Shown one piece after another: positions 14,856 to 22,736 of a stretch of 24,000 nucleotides of DNA. The DNA is from Moraxellaceae bacterium AER2_44_116. Lineage in GTDB: Bacteria > Pseudomonadota > Gammaproteobacteria > Pseudomonadales > Moraxellaceae. The stretch's first letter is position 1. Each line of letters starts with the position of its first letter. Under the pieces are notes generated by a model. That model was not told the DNA's origin, made no database searches, and was given only the letters and a program-made list of their open reading frames with translations. The DNA lies in contig VIAD01000007.1 in assembly GCA_006546595.1 (NCBI GenBank), forward strand, positions 146,853 to 170,852. Direction: 5' to 3'. Position numbers and translations under genes: made by a program.

Positions 14856-15278
14856 ATGACCAGCGAAAAACCTAAAATGACTTTTCATGTTCACGCTCAT
14901 CGGGTGGATGCCCACGGTAGTCAAGCTCGGTGTAAAGCGGCAAATCTAAGCATTGACACGGATTTAGCAGGCCGTGCCGATGCGTTTAATCCTGCCGAGT
15001 TATTATTGGCGGCCTTAGCGGCTTGCATTATTAAAGGCATAGAGCGCGTAACACCAATATTGCACTTTCAATTAAATGGCGTTGAAGTCAATATCACGGG
15101 CATACGCCAAGATACTCCGCCAAAAATGGAGTCGATTAGCTATGAGATTATTGTTGACACTTCTGAAAATGACCATCGTTTAGCGTTGCTTCATGACAAT
15201 ATCAAAAAGTACGGCACTGTTTTTAATACCATCGTCACGGGAACGGCACTCTCAGGCATTATGCGGAGAGCCAATTAG
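14856..15278 (+). CDS. OsmC/Ohr-family peroxiredoxin-like protein
   Basis: 140 aa. NPAELLLAALAACI motif containing the conserved Cys, in an OsmC-like size and layout. Confidence 0.75.
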   Translation: MTSEKPKMTFHVHAHRVDAHGSQARCKAANLSIDTDLAGRADAFNPAELLLAALAACIIKGIERVTPILHFQLNGVEVNITGIRQDTPPKMESISYEIIVDTSENDHRLALLHDNIKKYGTVFNTIVTGTALSGIMRRAN

Positions 15279-15294
15279 GTTCGCTTAATCAACC

Positions 15295-15363
15295 CTTAGA
15301 CTCCGCTCAGGGAGCGTTTTTGCGCTAACTGAGCGGAGTTGAGGTGGTTGAGCGAAGTCGAAT
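15295..15363. repeat. REP-like palindrome with an extra degenerate right arm, between convergent osmC and cyclase genes
   Basis: Arms CTTAGACTCCGCTCAG and CTGAGCGGAGTTGAGG around an 18-nt loop. A third half-site TTGAGCGAAGTCGAAT lies at 15348..15363. Confidence 0.8.
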
Positions 15364-15413
15364 CCAAGCCTATAAAACCGCTTAACTGACCTGCATTCCC
15401 CCAACCACACGTT

Positions 15414-17690
15414 TTACTTACTCCGATGCTCAAACACGCCCATCCAATCATCAGGCAACAACTCATAACGCAACTCATCAATACGCTCTAAGTACATACT
15501 GTATAACTTACGATTAGGATCTCCTTTATGTAACTCACGAAGGATTTTTTCTGCGGCATCCCATTCACGGCTGTAGTAATGCGCTAAGGCAGCGTTGTAT
15601 TGCTCAACGCGTTTAATTCGACCTTCACTCGCATGTTCTAACCGACAGACAGGCTCATACACACAGACTGGCTCGCGCTTACCTTTGACAATAATTTTAT
15701 CGACAATACGATATAAAAATTGGGGGGCTAAATCATAAGTACCCTCGCCGACTAACAACTTTAAATCATAAAACTTAGTTAAACTTTCTAAGCGTGAACC
15801 TAAATTGACGGCATCACCTAAAACCGTATAAGTCCGACGATACATTGATCCCATGTCACCCACGTTCATAAAACCCGTGTTAATACCCACGCCAACATTC
15901 ACTTCTGGCAAGCCTTTGGCAACAAAAATGGGTTTCAACTCCTCTACTTTTTGCAACATACTCAATGCCGCATCAATCGCATGTTCCGCATGGTCGGCAT
16001 CTAATAGTGGCGCGTTCCAAAAAGCCATGACCATATCGCCCACATATTTATCAATTGTACCGTTATGCTCAAAAATAATGCCTGTAATGGGGGTAAAAAA
16101 CTCATTGAGCAACTGCTTGAGCTTGGTCGCTTTTAAGCCTTCTGAAATCGTCGTAAAGCCCCGAATATCCGAAAACAAAACCGTCATGTGACGCGACTCA
16201 CCATCTAAACCCGCTAAGTGATGATTTTCTAGCATCCGCTCGACATGAGCAGGAGGAACATACTGCCCAAACAACATTTTCAACTCACGTTTTTGGGTAT
16301 TCGTACGCAAAAAGCCTGAGCCAATATTGAGAATCGCAATACAAAATGTTGATAAAATCAGAATCGCTAATGGTAAATCATAATGTGCGGCTTTCCATGC
16401 TGCCAAGTTTGTCAGTATTAATACCGCTAACCAGCCTCCAGCAACCGCCAACATAAACGCGGGTTCAAGCATCGGCAAAATCCATACAAAGGCTAAACCA
16501 CTGAGTAATAAAATCACAAAGGTTAAGCCCGGCTCCCAGTCAGGACGGTAATACATGTGAGTCACAGTATCGGTGCTTTGAATAATGGCATCTAATAAAT
16601 TGGCGTGAACTTCTACCCCTGGATAACCCGTTTCCAGTGGTGTCGTGCGTAAGTCAGTTAAACCTAATGCAGATGTACCGACCAATACAATTGCACCTTT
16701 TAATGAGGGAATCGCATTAGGATTGCTTAAAACATCAGTTGCAGAAATATAGGGATAGCTGTGTGCTCGACCTTTATACGGAATCAAAGCAACACCCGAT
16801 TCATCGGTATGAATAATCGTATTGCCCACCGCGATGGACTCTAATCGTAGTTGATTGCCACTTTTAATCGTTTGTAACTTCACAAATGGAGCGTTGAGAT
16901 AAATTCTTGCCAACTCTAAAGAAAGCGCACTATATAAACCATTTTCATAACGTAATACTAAGGGCGAGCGACGCATCACACCATCCGTATCAGGTAGTGT
17001 GGTGACAAAGCCAGCCCCTAAAACACTTTGGGAAAATATCGCTAAGTTGCCCGTATAATCAGGCATAAAATTAATGCTAAGCTTTTCTTTATCTTTGTTT
17101 TCTATTTTTAGAATCGGTGGCGGCAATGCCCCGACATGAATACCACCCGCACTATGCAGAAAATAGCCCAAAACAGTATTTTGCGAAATCACCTTCGTAA
17201 ATTGGCTATCACCATCCAATTGACTCACTAAAGGCTGCAATTCAGCACTGGCACTCGCCGATAATTGACCACTCGCTAATACTTGGCTGACAGGGTTAAG
17301 CTCTTCTTCCGAAAACACCACGTCAAAGCCAATTAACCGCACTTGCTGTTTTTGTAATGCCTGTACTAACGCGGCCAACTTAGCGCGTGACCACGGCCAC
17401 CGCCCTTCTTTTTTTAGACTTAATTCGTCAACATCAATAATCACAATCGGCACATTTTCCGCACGTTTAGGGGTAAATGCCTGAAAACGCCAATCATAAA
17501 CCAAGGTATCCATGCGCTGTAACAAATGGTCGGCTGTACTATTGGGTTTATTTAAAGCGATTAAATCGAGAAGGATAAAACAACCTAAAATAACCAACCC
17601 CATCCAAATCGGAAAACGCTTTAACTGCTTTTTGAGTATATTCAACATGAAAATTTGCATCCCATCGTTATTTTTCTGTCGCAGTTGCAT
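15414..17690 (-). CDS. CHASE2 sensor domain-containing class III adenylate/guanylate cyclase (class IIIb adenylate cyclase by substrate residues)
   Basis: 758 aa. N-terminal TM helix, then a periplasmic CHASE2-like region (IVIIDVDELSLKKEGRWPWSR), then 3-4 TM helices. Cyclase domain motifs: VLFSDIRGFT, IDKYVGDMVMAFW, YTVLGDAVNLGSRLES. The start codon is uncertain, with alternative Mets at 17660 and 17648. Confidence 0.85.
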   Translation of the reverse strand: MQLRQKNNDGMQIFMLNILKKQLKRFPIWMGLVILGCFILLDLIALNKPNSTADHLLQRMDTLVYDWRFQAFTPKRAENVPIVIIDVDELSLKKEGRWPWSRAKLAALVQALQKQQVRLIGFDVVFSEEELNPVSQVLASGQLSASASAELQPLVSQLDGDSQFTKVISQNTVLGYFLHSAGGIHVGALPPPILKIENKDKEKLSINFMPDYTGNLAIFSQSVLGAGFVTTLPDTDGVMRRSPLVLRYENGLYSALSLELARIYLNAPFVKLQTIKSGNQLRLESIAVGNTIIHTDESGVALIPYKGRAHSYPYISATDVLSNPNAIPSLKGAIVLVGTSALGLTDLRTTPLETGYPGVEVHANLLDAIIQSTDTVTHMYYRPDWEPGLTFVILLLSGLAFVWILPMLEPAFMLAVAGGWLAVLILTNLAAWKAAHYDLPLAILILSTFCIAILNIGSGFLRTNTQKRELKMLFGQYVPPAHVERMLENHHLAGLDGESRHMTVLFSDIRGFTTISEGLKATKLKQLLNEFFTPITGIIFEHNGTIDKYVGDMVMAFWNAPLLDADHAEHAIDAALSMLQKVEELKPIFVAKGLPEVNVGVGINTGFMNVGDMGSMYRRTYTVLGDAVNLGSRLESLTKFYDLKLLVGEGTYDLAPQFLYRIVDKIIVKGKREPVCVYEPVCRLEHASEGRIKRVEQYNAALAHYYSREWDAAEKILRELHKGDPNRKLYSMYLERIDELRYELLPDDWMGVFEHRSK

Positions 17691-17986
17691 GTATTACGTA
17701 CTACGACTACATCTTGCTCGTTAAGATATGTTAGCCTTGCTGAGAATCATAACGCCGATTCGCGTGAAAAGCATAGAACGTTCAATAGTTTCTCGAGGCA
17801 AAATACAAAAGACAAGTGGTAGGACGGATAAATGTGTCTCTTTCTCGCTTCTGATGATTCCCTAAAAACACCACAATATGAGCCTCCTAATTCTTGTAAT
17901 ATGCACACGTTTATCACATACAAAAAAATGCCATTCATTGATGTCAGTCCAAGGGGTTCTAACCCTGACCAAAAGGCTCATTAACT

Positions 17987-20173
17987 ATGCTATTAGAGAA
18001 TGCGTGGGAAACCTTTTTTATTCTAGGATTTATTTTAGCATCTAGTTTATTACCCTCGTTGGCTCGTCAGTCCTTTTCGTTATGGTGGCGCAGTCACACG
18101 GTTGCTCTCACTCAGGCATTGATGATAAGTGCCTATACTTTTCTGCCAGACACTGTTAGCCGCTCAACGCTTCCCGTACTTTGCACTCTCGCATTTGTCA
18201 GTCTGAGTGAGCAAGTTCGCTTCTTATGCGTACCACAAGACCGGCTACGAACAATAGTGCTGGGATATTTAGCCTTTTTGGTTGGCACAACCTGTATTCT
18301 CTATTTTTTACCCGCCTCATTTGCTTTTAGTGTCAGCGGCTGCCTTGCCATTATCAGCTTCGTTTGTTTATTGTTATTGACTCATTATAAAAACACATTT
18401 CATTTTATTCATATTCAACAACTCCTTATATGTACACTGCTGCTCACCATCGCCAGTCTTTTATTATTGACTACTGTTTATTGGCAATTAGAGTCTCTGC
18501 TAATACATCAACTCATTTTAATTTGTATCATGAGTAGTGTTATTAGTAATCAGTGGGCATCCGTTCAATACCGTGCATTTCTACAAAGCAAAGATCATCA
18601 AACCGAAGAATACAGTCATCATCACCACAATCACGATGATGAGCATCAAAAAAATCTACAAAACCTTAGCCATGATATGCGAACGCCATTGAGCGGCATT
18701 TTAGGCATGGCGGAGTTATTATTAGAAACGCCTCTCAGTCCCGCACAACGCGAATATACCCAAACGATTCAATCTTCAGGTAACGCGCTCCTGCATTTAT
18801 TGGATGACCGCCTCGACACGACACGTCAACAAGATCAAGGCTTAACCATTTTAGAGGAAGTCTTTGAAGCCGCAGAGTTGCTTAACTACTGCTTAGATTT
18901 ATTCAAAAATGAAGCTGAAAATAAAAATATTGAACTGGTTGGCTATCTTGACTCTACCCTACCTAAACATTTACTCGGTGATGCGGTTAGGTTACGGCAA
19001 GTCATGTCGCGTTTGATTCATAATGCGATTCGATTTACCGATATTGGTGAAGTGGTTATTAGTATTCGCAGTGTGATTTGGCAAAATGACTTAGGCGTAC
19101 AATTTAGTGTTCAAGACACAGGCATTGGCATGAATGAATCTACGTTAACGACGTTATTCATCCCACAAATGCAAGAAAATACCCATGAAGCGTGGTACAC
19201 AGGGCCGAATATTGCCACTTGCGCCCAACTTGTGACGGCTATGTCAGGTAAATTAACCGTCACGAGCGCATTGTATGAAGGAACAATGGCGGCATTTAGT
19301 TTGCCCTTAAAAACACCCAACAGCGTTTTCACCGACTCAACTACCGAATTTATCGCCTCGTTTGCCAGTAAACGGTTGTTGATTGTCGATGATAATCGCA
19401 CGGTGAGTAAAGTCTTAGCCGAGCAAGCAACACAATGGGGAATGCGTGTCAGCTCCGCCGAAAGTGGTACAGAAGCCTTAGCTGTCGCACGTAATGCCGC
19501 CAATTTAGGTCAGTCTTTTGATGTCATTATCATGGATTACCAAATGCCTGGCATGAGTGGCTTACAACTCGGCGCACGCCTCAAACAAGATGCACTGATT
19601 ACCAATGATGTCATTTTGATTATGTTAACAGGGTTACGGCAGAACAATATTCAAACACTGGCGCGTAATGCTGGTATTCATCGCGTCATCAGTAAACCCA
19701 TCACCAGTAAACAACTACGGCAAGCGATTAGCCAAGAATTGAAACGCCTACAAAGTGTCAATCGCCCTGAGCTCAACAATGAAGACTCACAGCTAGGACG
19801 AATTAAAGTATTGGTTGCCGAAGACAATCAACTCAGCCAAAAAGTCATTCGTGGCATGTTACAAAAGTTAGGGGTTAACCATAGCTTAGTGAATAATGGG
19901 CGCGAAGCGGTACAAGCGGTGATGCGCGAACATTTTGATATTATTCTCATGGATTGTGACATGCCCTTTGTTGATGGCTATACCGCGACACAAGAAATCA
20001 GGCATTGGGAACAACAAGAAGGTCGAGATGCCTTGCCGATCTTGGCGTTGACGGCACATATATTAGAAGAACAAAAACAAAAAGCGATAAACTCAGGCAT
20101 GAATGAACATTTGAGCAAACCTATTGAGCTGGGCGACTTGCAAAATGCACTCTTGCGTTGGTGTCCACACTAA
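17987..20173 (+). CDS. hybrid sensor histidine kinase with polytopic membrane N-terminus and two C-terminal receiver domains
   Basis: 728 aa with about 6 TM helices in residues 1-190. H-box LSHDMRTPLSGILGMAELL. N-box LIHNAIRFT. G1 box QDTGIGM. Receiver 1: LLIVDDN...IIMDYQMPGMSG...SKP. Receiver 2: VLVAEDN...ILMDCDMPFVDG...SKP. Confidence 0.85.
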   Translation: MLLENAWETFFILGFILASSLLPSLARQSFSLWWRSHTVALTQALMISAYTFLPDTVSRSTLPVLCTLAFVSLSEQVRFLCVPQDRLRTIVLGYLAFLVGTTCILYFLPASFAFSVSGCLAIISFVCLLLLTHYKNTFHFIHIQQLLICTLLLTIASLLLLTTVYWQLESLLIHQLILICIMSSVISNQWASVQYRAFLQSKDHQTEEYSHHHHNHDDEHQKNLQNLSHDMRTPLSGILGMAELLLETPLSPAQREYTQTIQSSGNALLHLLDDRLDTTRQQDQGLTILEEVFEAAELLNYCLDLFKNEAENKNIELVGYLDSTLPKHLLGDAVRLRQVMSRLIHNAIRFTDIGEVVISIRSVIWQNDLGVQFSVQDTGIGMNESTLTTLFIPQMQENTHEAWYTGPNIATCAQLVTAMSGKLTVTSALYEGTMAAFSLPLKTPNSVFTDSTTEFIASFASKRLLIVDDNRTVSKVLAEQATQWGMRVSSAESGTEALAVARNAANLGQSFDVIIMDYQMPGMSGLQLGARLKQDALITNDVILIMLTGLRQNNIQTLARNAGIHRVISKPITSKQLRQAISQELKRLQSVNRPELNNEDSQLGRIKVLVAEDNQLSQKVIRGMLQKLGVNHSLVNNGREAVQAVMREHFDIILMDCDMPFVDGYTATQEIRHWEQQEGRDALPILALTAHILEEQKQKAINSGMNEHLSKPIELGDLQNALLRWCPH

Positions 20174-20195
20174 GCTTCCCCCTTGAACTGAGTCC

Positions 20196-20245
20196 CTTCG
20201 ACTCCGCTCAGGGAGCGTTTTTCTGTTGGCTGAGCGGAGTCGAAG
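20196..20245. repeat. REP-like palindrome, perfect 16-bp arms, between convergent kinase and hypothetical genes
   Basis: Arms CTTCGACTCCGCTCAG and CTGAGCGGAGTCGAAG are perfectly complementary. The 18-nt loop is GGAGCGTTTTTCTGTTGG. Its position suits a bidirectional terminator. Confidence 0.85.
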
Positions 20246-20290
20246 CTAACCCAAAAATCTCGTCAACGCCCCAATATTCAACAGAACCTA

Positions 20291-21337
20291 TTACGGTGCA
20301 ATCCAAAAACCGCTACTTTCAGGATGATTTTCTGGTAATAACGTTTTTAATTCCATGTCATGCGTCGTTAACTCCGTGATCAGTTCCATTGAACCACGTC
20401 GATACAAGGTCACTGCGCCAACCGCAAACGGTGTCATTTTAATCACCGAGCGGCCACCCAACGCGCGTTCTGCATGCCACCCTACCCACGCTTGCATACG
20501 CGGATTGCGACCATCAATATCAACGTTCAAACCATAATCGGCATTTAGAAACGTGATGCGCCAGCGATAATTATCTAATGCCTCAACATGATGACGGAAA
20601 CTTTGCCGTACTTGATTAAAGTGATGCCATCGGCCATGTATCTTTAATGAAGCCATACTCAAATAGGGGCTAGTCAACAGTTTGCCCACACTTAAACGCG
20701 CACTAAAACCGTAAAAAAATGCGTCTCTATCTTCTATAAAATGACTACATTGTGCTGCTGCATATTCAACAGGATAACCATCCCCCCAATAGTGATGATT
20801 AGAACCCGAAAACTCACCTGACAATGATAAACCCGCACATTGAATTTTTCCGTAATATCTTAAAAAGCAATCACGGACTTGTATTTTATGACGTGGCCAC
20901 GGCAATTGATAACATAGTGCTTGCGGAAATGGCTGCAATACTTCGTCATGTCGTTGCATATTTAGATGCCAACTCATAGAGCCTTGATGTGTATGTAATT
21001 TACCGCGCAAAACATCACGACTCACCTCAAAGAACGAACCTGTCGCAAAACTAAACGTACATTTTTCCCAATGATCGGCATGGTTTAATTGTGTTTGTTG
21101 AGTCGCAGACAATGCTTCTTGCTCATAAAAAGACTGAGTTTTTGTCGTTTTATGATCAAAACAGATCATAGCAACCGTGATTGAGCCATGCCCTAACCAC
21201 GGTTTAAACACCGTATGTTTGAGCGTAAACGCATAACGGCCATCGGCACTCAAGCCTCTAAAATCGAAGGTTTCATAAATACCCCGCTTGCTTGTTTTTA
21301 CGTGCATTTTGACAGGTGATACCATACAGACGCTCAT
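20291..21337 (-). CDS. hypothetical protein (no signal peptide; Trp/His/Tyr-rich, probably beta-rich)
   Basis: 348 aa ORF with an ATG start. I see no confident motif. There is a weak resemblance by eye to the tocopherol-cyclase/AttH-like fold around HHYWGDGYPVEYAAAQ. This is unverified. Confidence 0.5.
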   Translation of the reverse strand: MSVCMVSPVKMHVKTSKRGIYETFDFRGLSADGRYAFTLKHTVFKPWLGHGSITVAMICFDHKTTKTQSFYEQEALSATQQTQLNHADHWEKCTFSFATGSFFEVSRDVLRGKLHTHQGSMSWHLNMQRHDEVLQPFPQALCYQLPWPRHKIQVRDCFLRYYGKIQCAGLSLSGEFSGSNHHYWGDGYPVEYAAAQCSHFIEDRDAFFYGFSARLSVGKLLTSPYLSMASLKIHGRWHHFNQVRQSFRHHVEALDNYRWRITFLNADYGLNVDIDGRNPRMQAWVGWHAERALGGRSVIKMTPFAVGAVTLYRRGSMELITELTTHDMELKTLLPENHPESSGFWIAP

Positions 21338-21347
21338 TAAAAAACTC

Positions 21348-21446
21348 AGGACTTACGCATCGCGCCGCGATTAGCGCGTTTTGCGAGCATAAAGCCGCCT
21401 AAAGCGGCTGAAATGTGAACAAATAAGCGATAACCGCGTAAGTCCT
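21348..21446 (+). repeat. 99-nt three-stem palindromic element, copy B
   Basis: Same terminal inverted repeat and same joining segments as copy A. Inner hairpins ATCGCG-C-CGCGAT and GCCGC-CTAAA-GCGGC. Confidence 0.85.
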
Positions 21447-21456
21447 AAACTTAGGC

Positions 21457-22560
21457 TTAACCACCTAAATTCGCTTCAATCCTAAAAATCAAGGAGGACT
21501 TTACATCCCAACGTTGCTCTCGATAACGACTCAGATGCGGCTCTATTTCATAATATAACCAAGACCGCCAAAAAGATTGTCGATATAAGACAAATAAGCC
21601 GTCGCTTTGCAGTTGCCACTGAGGCCGCTGCACGCCCTCAAAGACAACACCATAAGAAATCGTTTTTTGCTGACCTAAACGATGCAATACACTCAAGTCT
21701 TGTGACCATCGCATACCAACGGGTTTAGGCTCATTTTGCCAATACTGCAAAGCATTACCAAAGCGAAATACCGTTTTGTCGTTGAGTAATCGTTCAAGTG
21801 CTAACTGCGTTAAGCTTTTTGCTTCTTCTTTAACACCATAACGAAATGTTTCTGTGGCATTAATAATTGTACTGTCACTGACTCGCCAAGAACGCTGTGC
21901 GCGTACACGGCCATAAATGTCGGGGGTCGAATGTAACCCTAAATCAAAGGTATATTTCACACGGGAAATGTAATCAGGAATCCAGCGAATAGCGGCACTG
22001 GTTTTGGGTTCAATATTACCCGCTGCAAGTTGATTACGCTCGGGATGCAGAGCGTCTTCATCATCACTCACCACCAAACGTAACCGTCTTTTGGCATTGG
22101 GTAACACCGCCGATGCGCGAAAACGAATTTTTGAGCTTAAACCCTCCGCCTCATACCAGTTCACATCATTGATTAAACGTAGCTTGAGTTTTGCTTCGTT
22201 AATATCATTAGTATGACCAAATAAACCATCAAACCATTGGGCGGTAGTTGCCGTTCTGTTGGATAAAAGACAGTGTTGCGAGTCTATCCAGCCTAAAAAT
22301 CGGCCTTCGGCATCTCGGCTAATACAATCAGTCATCGGCGGATCGAGATTTTTTTGGGGTTCTGAAGTCACAACAACCGACTTTTCTTCAATAATAGGAA
22401 CAACATTAGCCGTCGGGGTGTTTTCAGGCAGACGCAAATTTAAGTTTAAGGGTTCGTCACTCGCATGTACGGCACTTGTTATCAATATCCCTAAAGCTAA
22501 AGATAGTGCGAATAATCGCTGTTTCAGATAACCACTATTCATAGAAAAAAAATACGTCAC
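21457..22560 (-). CDS. hypothetical secreted protein, putative outer-membrane beta-barrel
   Basis: 367 aa. The GTG start at 22560 is preceded by AAGGGAG at good spacing. Signal peptide ...KQRLFALSLALGILITSAVHA|SDE. The C-terminal 250 aa show alternating hydrophobic/aromatic strands (KYTFDLGLH, VFRFGNALQYW, ISYGVVFEGV, LFVLYRQSF, SLIFRIEANL). Confidence 0.5.
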   Translation of the reverse strand: MTYFFSMNSGYLKQRLFALSLALGILITSAVHASDEPLNLNLRLPENTPTANVVPIIEEKSVVVTSEPQKNLDPPMTDCISRDAEGRFLGWIDSQHCLLSNRTATTAQWFDGLFGHTNDINEAKLKLRLINDVNWYEAEGLSSKIRFRASAVLPNAKRRLRLVVSDDEDALHPERNQLAAGNIEPKTSAAIRWIPDYISRVKYTFDLGLHSTPDIYGRVRAQRSWRVSDSTIINATETFRYGVKEEAKSLTQLALERLLNDKTVFRFGNALQYWQNEPKPVGMRWSQDLSVLHRLGQQKTISYGVVFEGVQRPQWQLQSDGLFVLYRQSFWRSWLYYEIEPHLSRYREQRWDVKSSLIFRIEANLGG

Positions 22561-22673
22561 TCTTTGCTCCCTTAATTGAGAAGATGAGCATAGCGAGTGA
22601 ATGATAGTAAAGGAATAGAAAACACAAAGACTAACGAAAAACTAGCAGTTCAGAATATTTTTCCGACTTCATA

Positions 22674-22726
22674 AGGGTACAACGTGTACCCTATGTCTGT
22701 CATTGGGGCGGATAAATCCGCCCCAA
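22674..22726. repeat. two adjacent hairpins downstream of the acyl-CoA dehydrogenase stop
   Basis: AGGGTAC-AACGT-GTACCCT (22674..22692) and TTGGGGCGG-ATAAAT-CCGCCCCAA (22703..22726). GC-rich and REP-like, with no clear U-tract on the minus strand. Confidence 0.5.
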
Positions 22727-22736
22727 CAGGTACGAC

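Noticed and set aside
17747-17938. A 63-aa ORF in the cyclase/kinase divergent intergenic region, considered as a possible small regulatory protein.
   Set aside because: It has no SD, is Cys/Phe-rich with odd composition, and has no recognisable motif. The region is more plausibly promoter DNA. I cannot fully exclude a small protein.
17940-17966. A compound hairpin (GTCAG...GGGTT-CT-AACCC-TGAC) just upstream of the kinase start.
   Set aside because: The stems are short (5 bp) and share bases, and there is no second copy. This is not distinguishable from chance.
20158-20379. A 73-aa ORF (MVSTLSFPLELSPFDSAQGAFFCWLSGVEA...) and the 61-aa ORF at 15296..15481.
   Set aside because: Both are conceptual translations of the REP-like palindromes and lack an SD sequence. 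The 15296..15481 ORF overlaps the 3' end of the real cyclase gene on the same strand. The 20158..20379 ORF overlaps the kinase and hypothetical gene ends.
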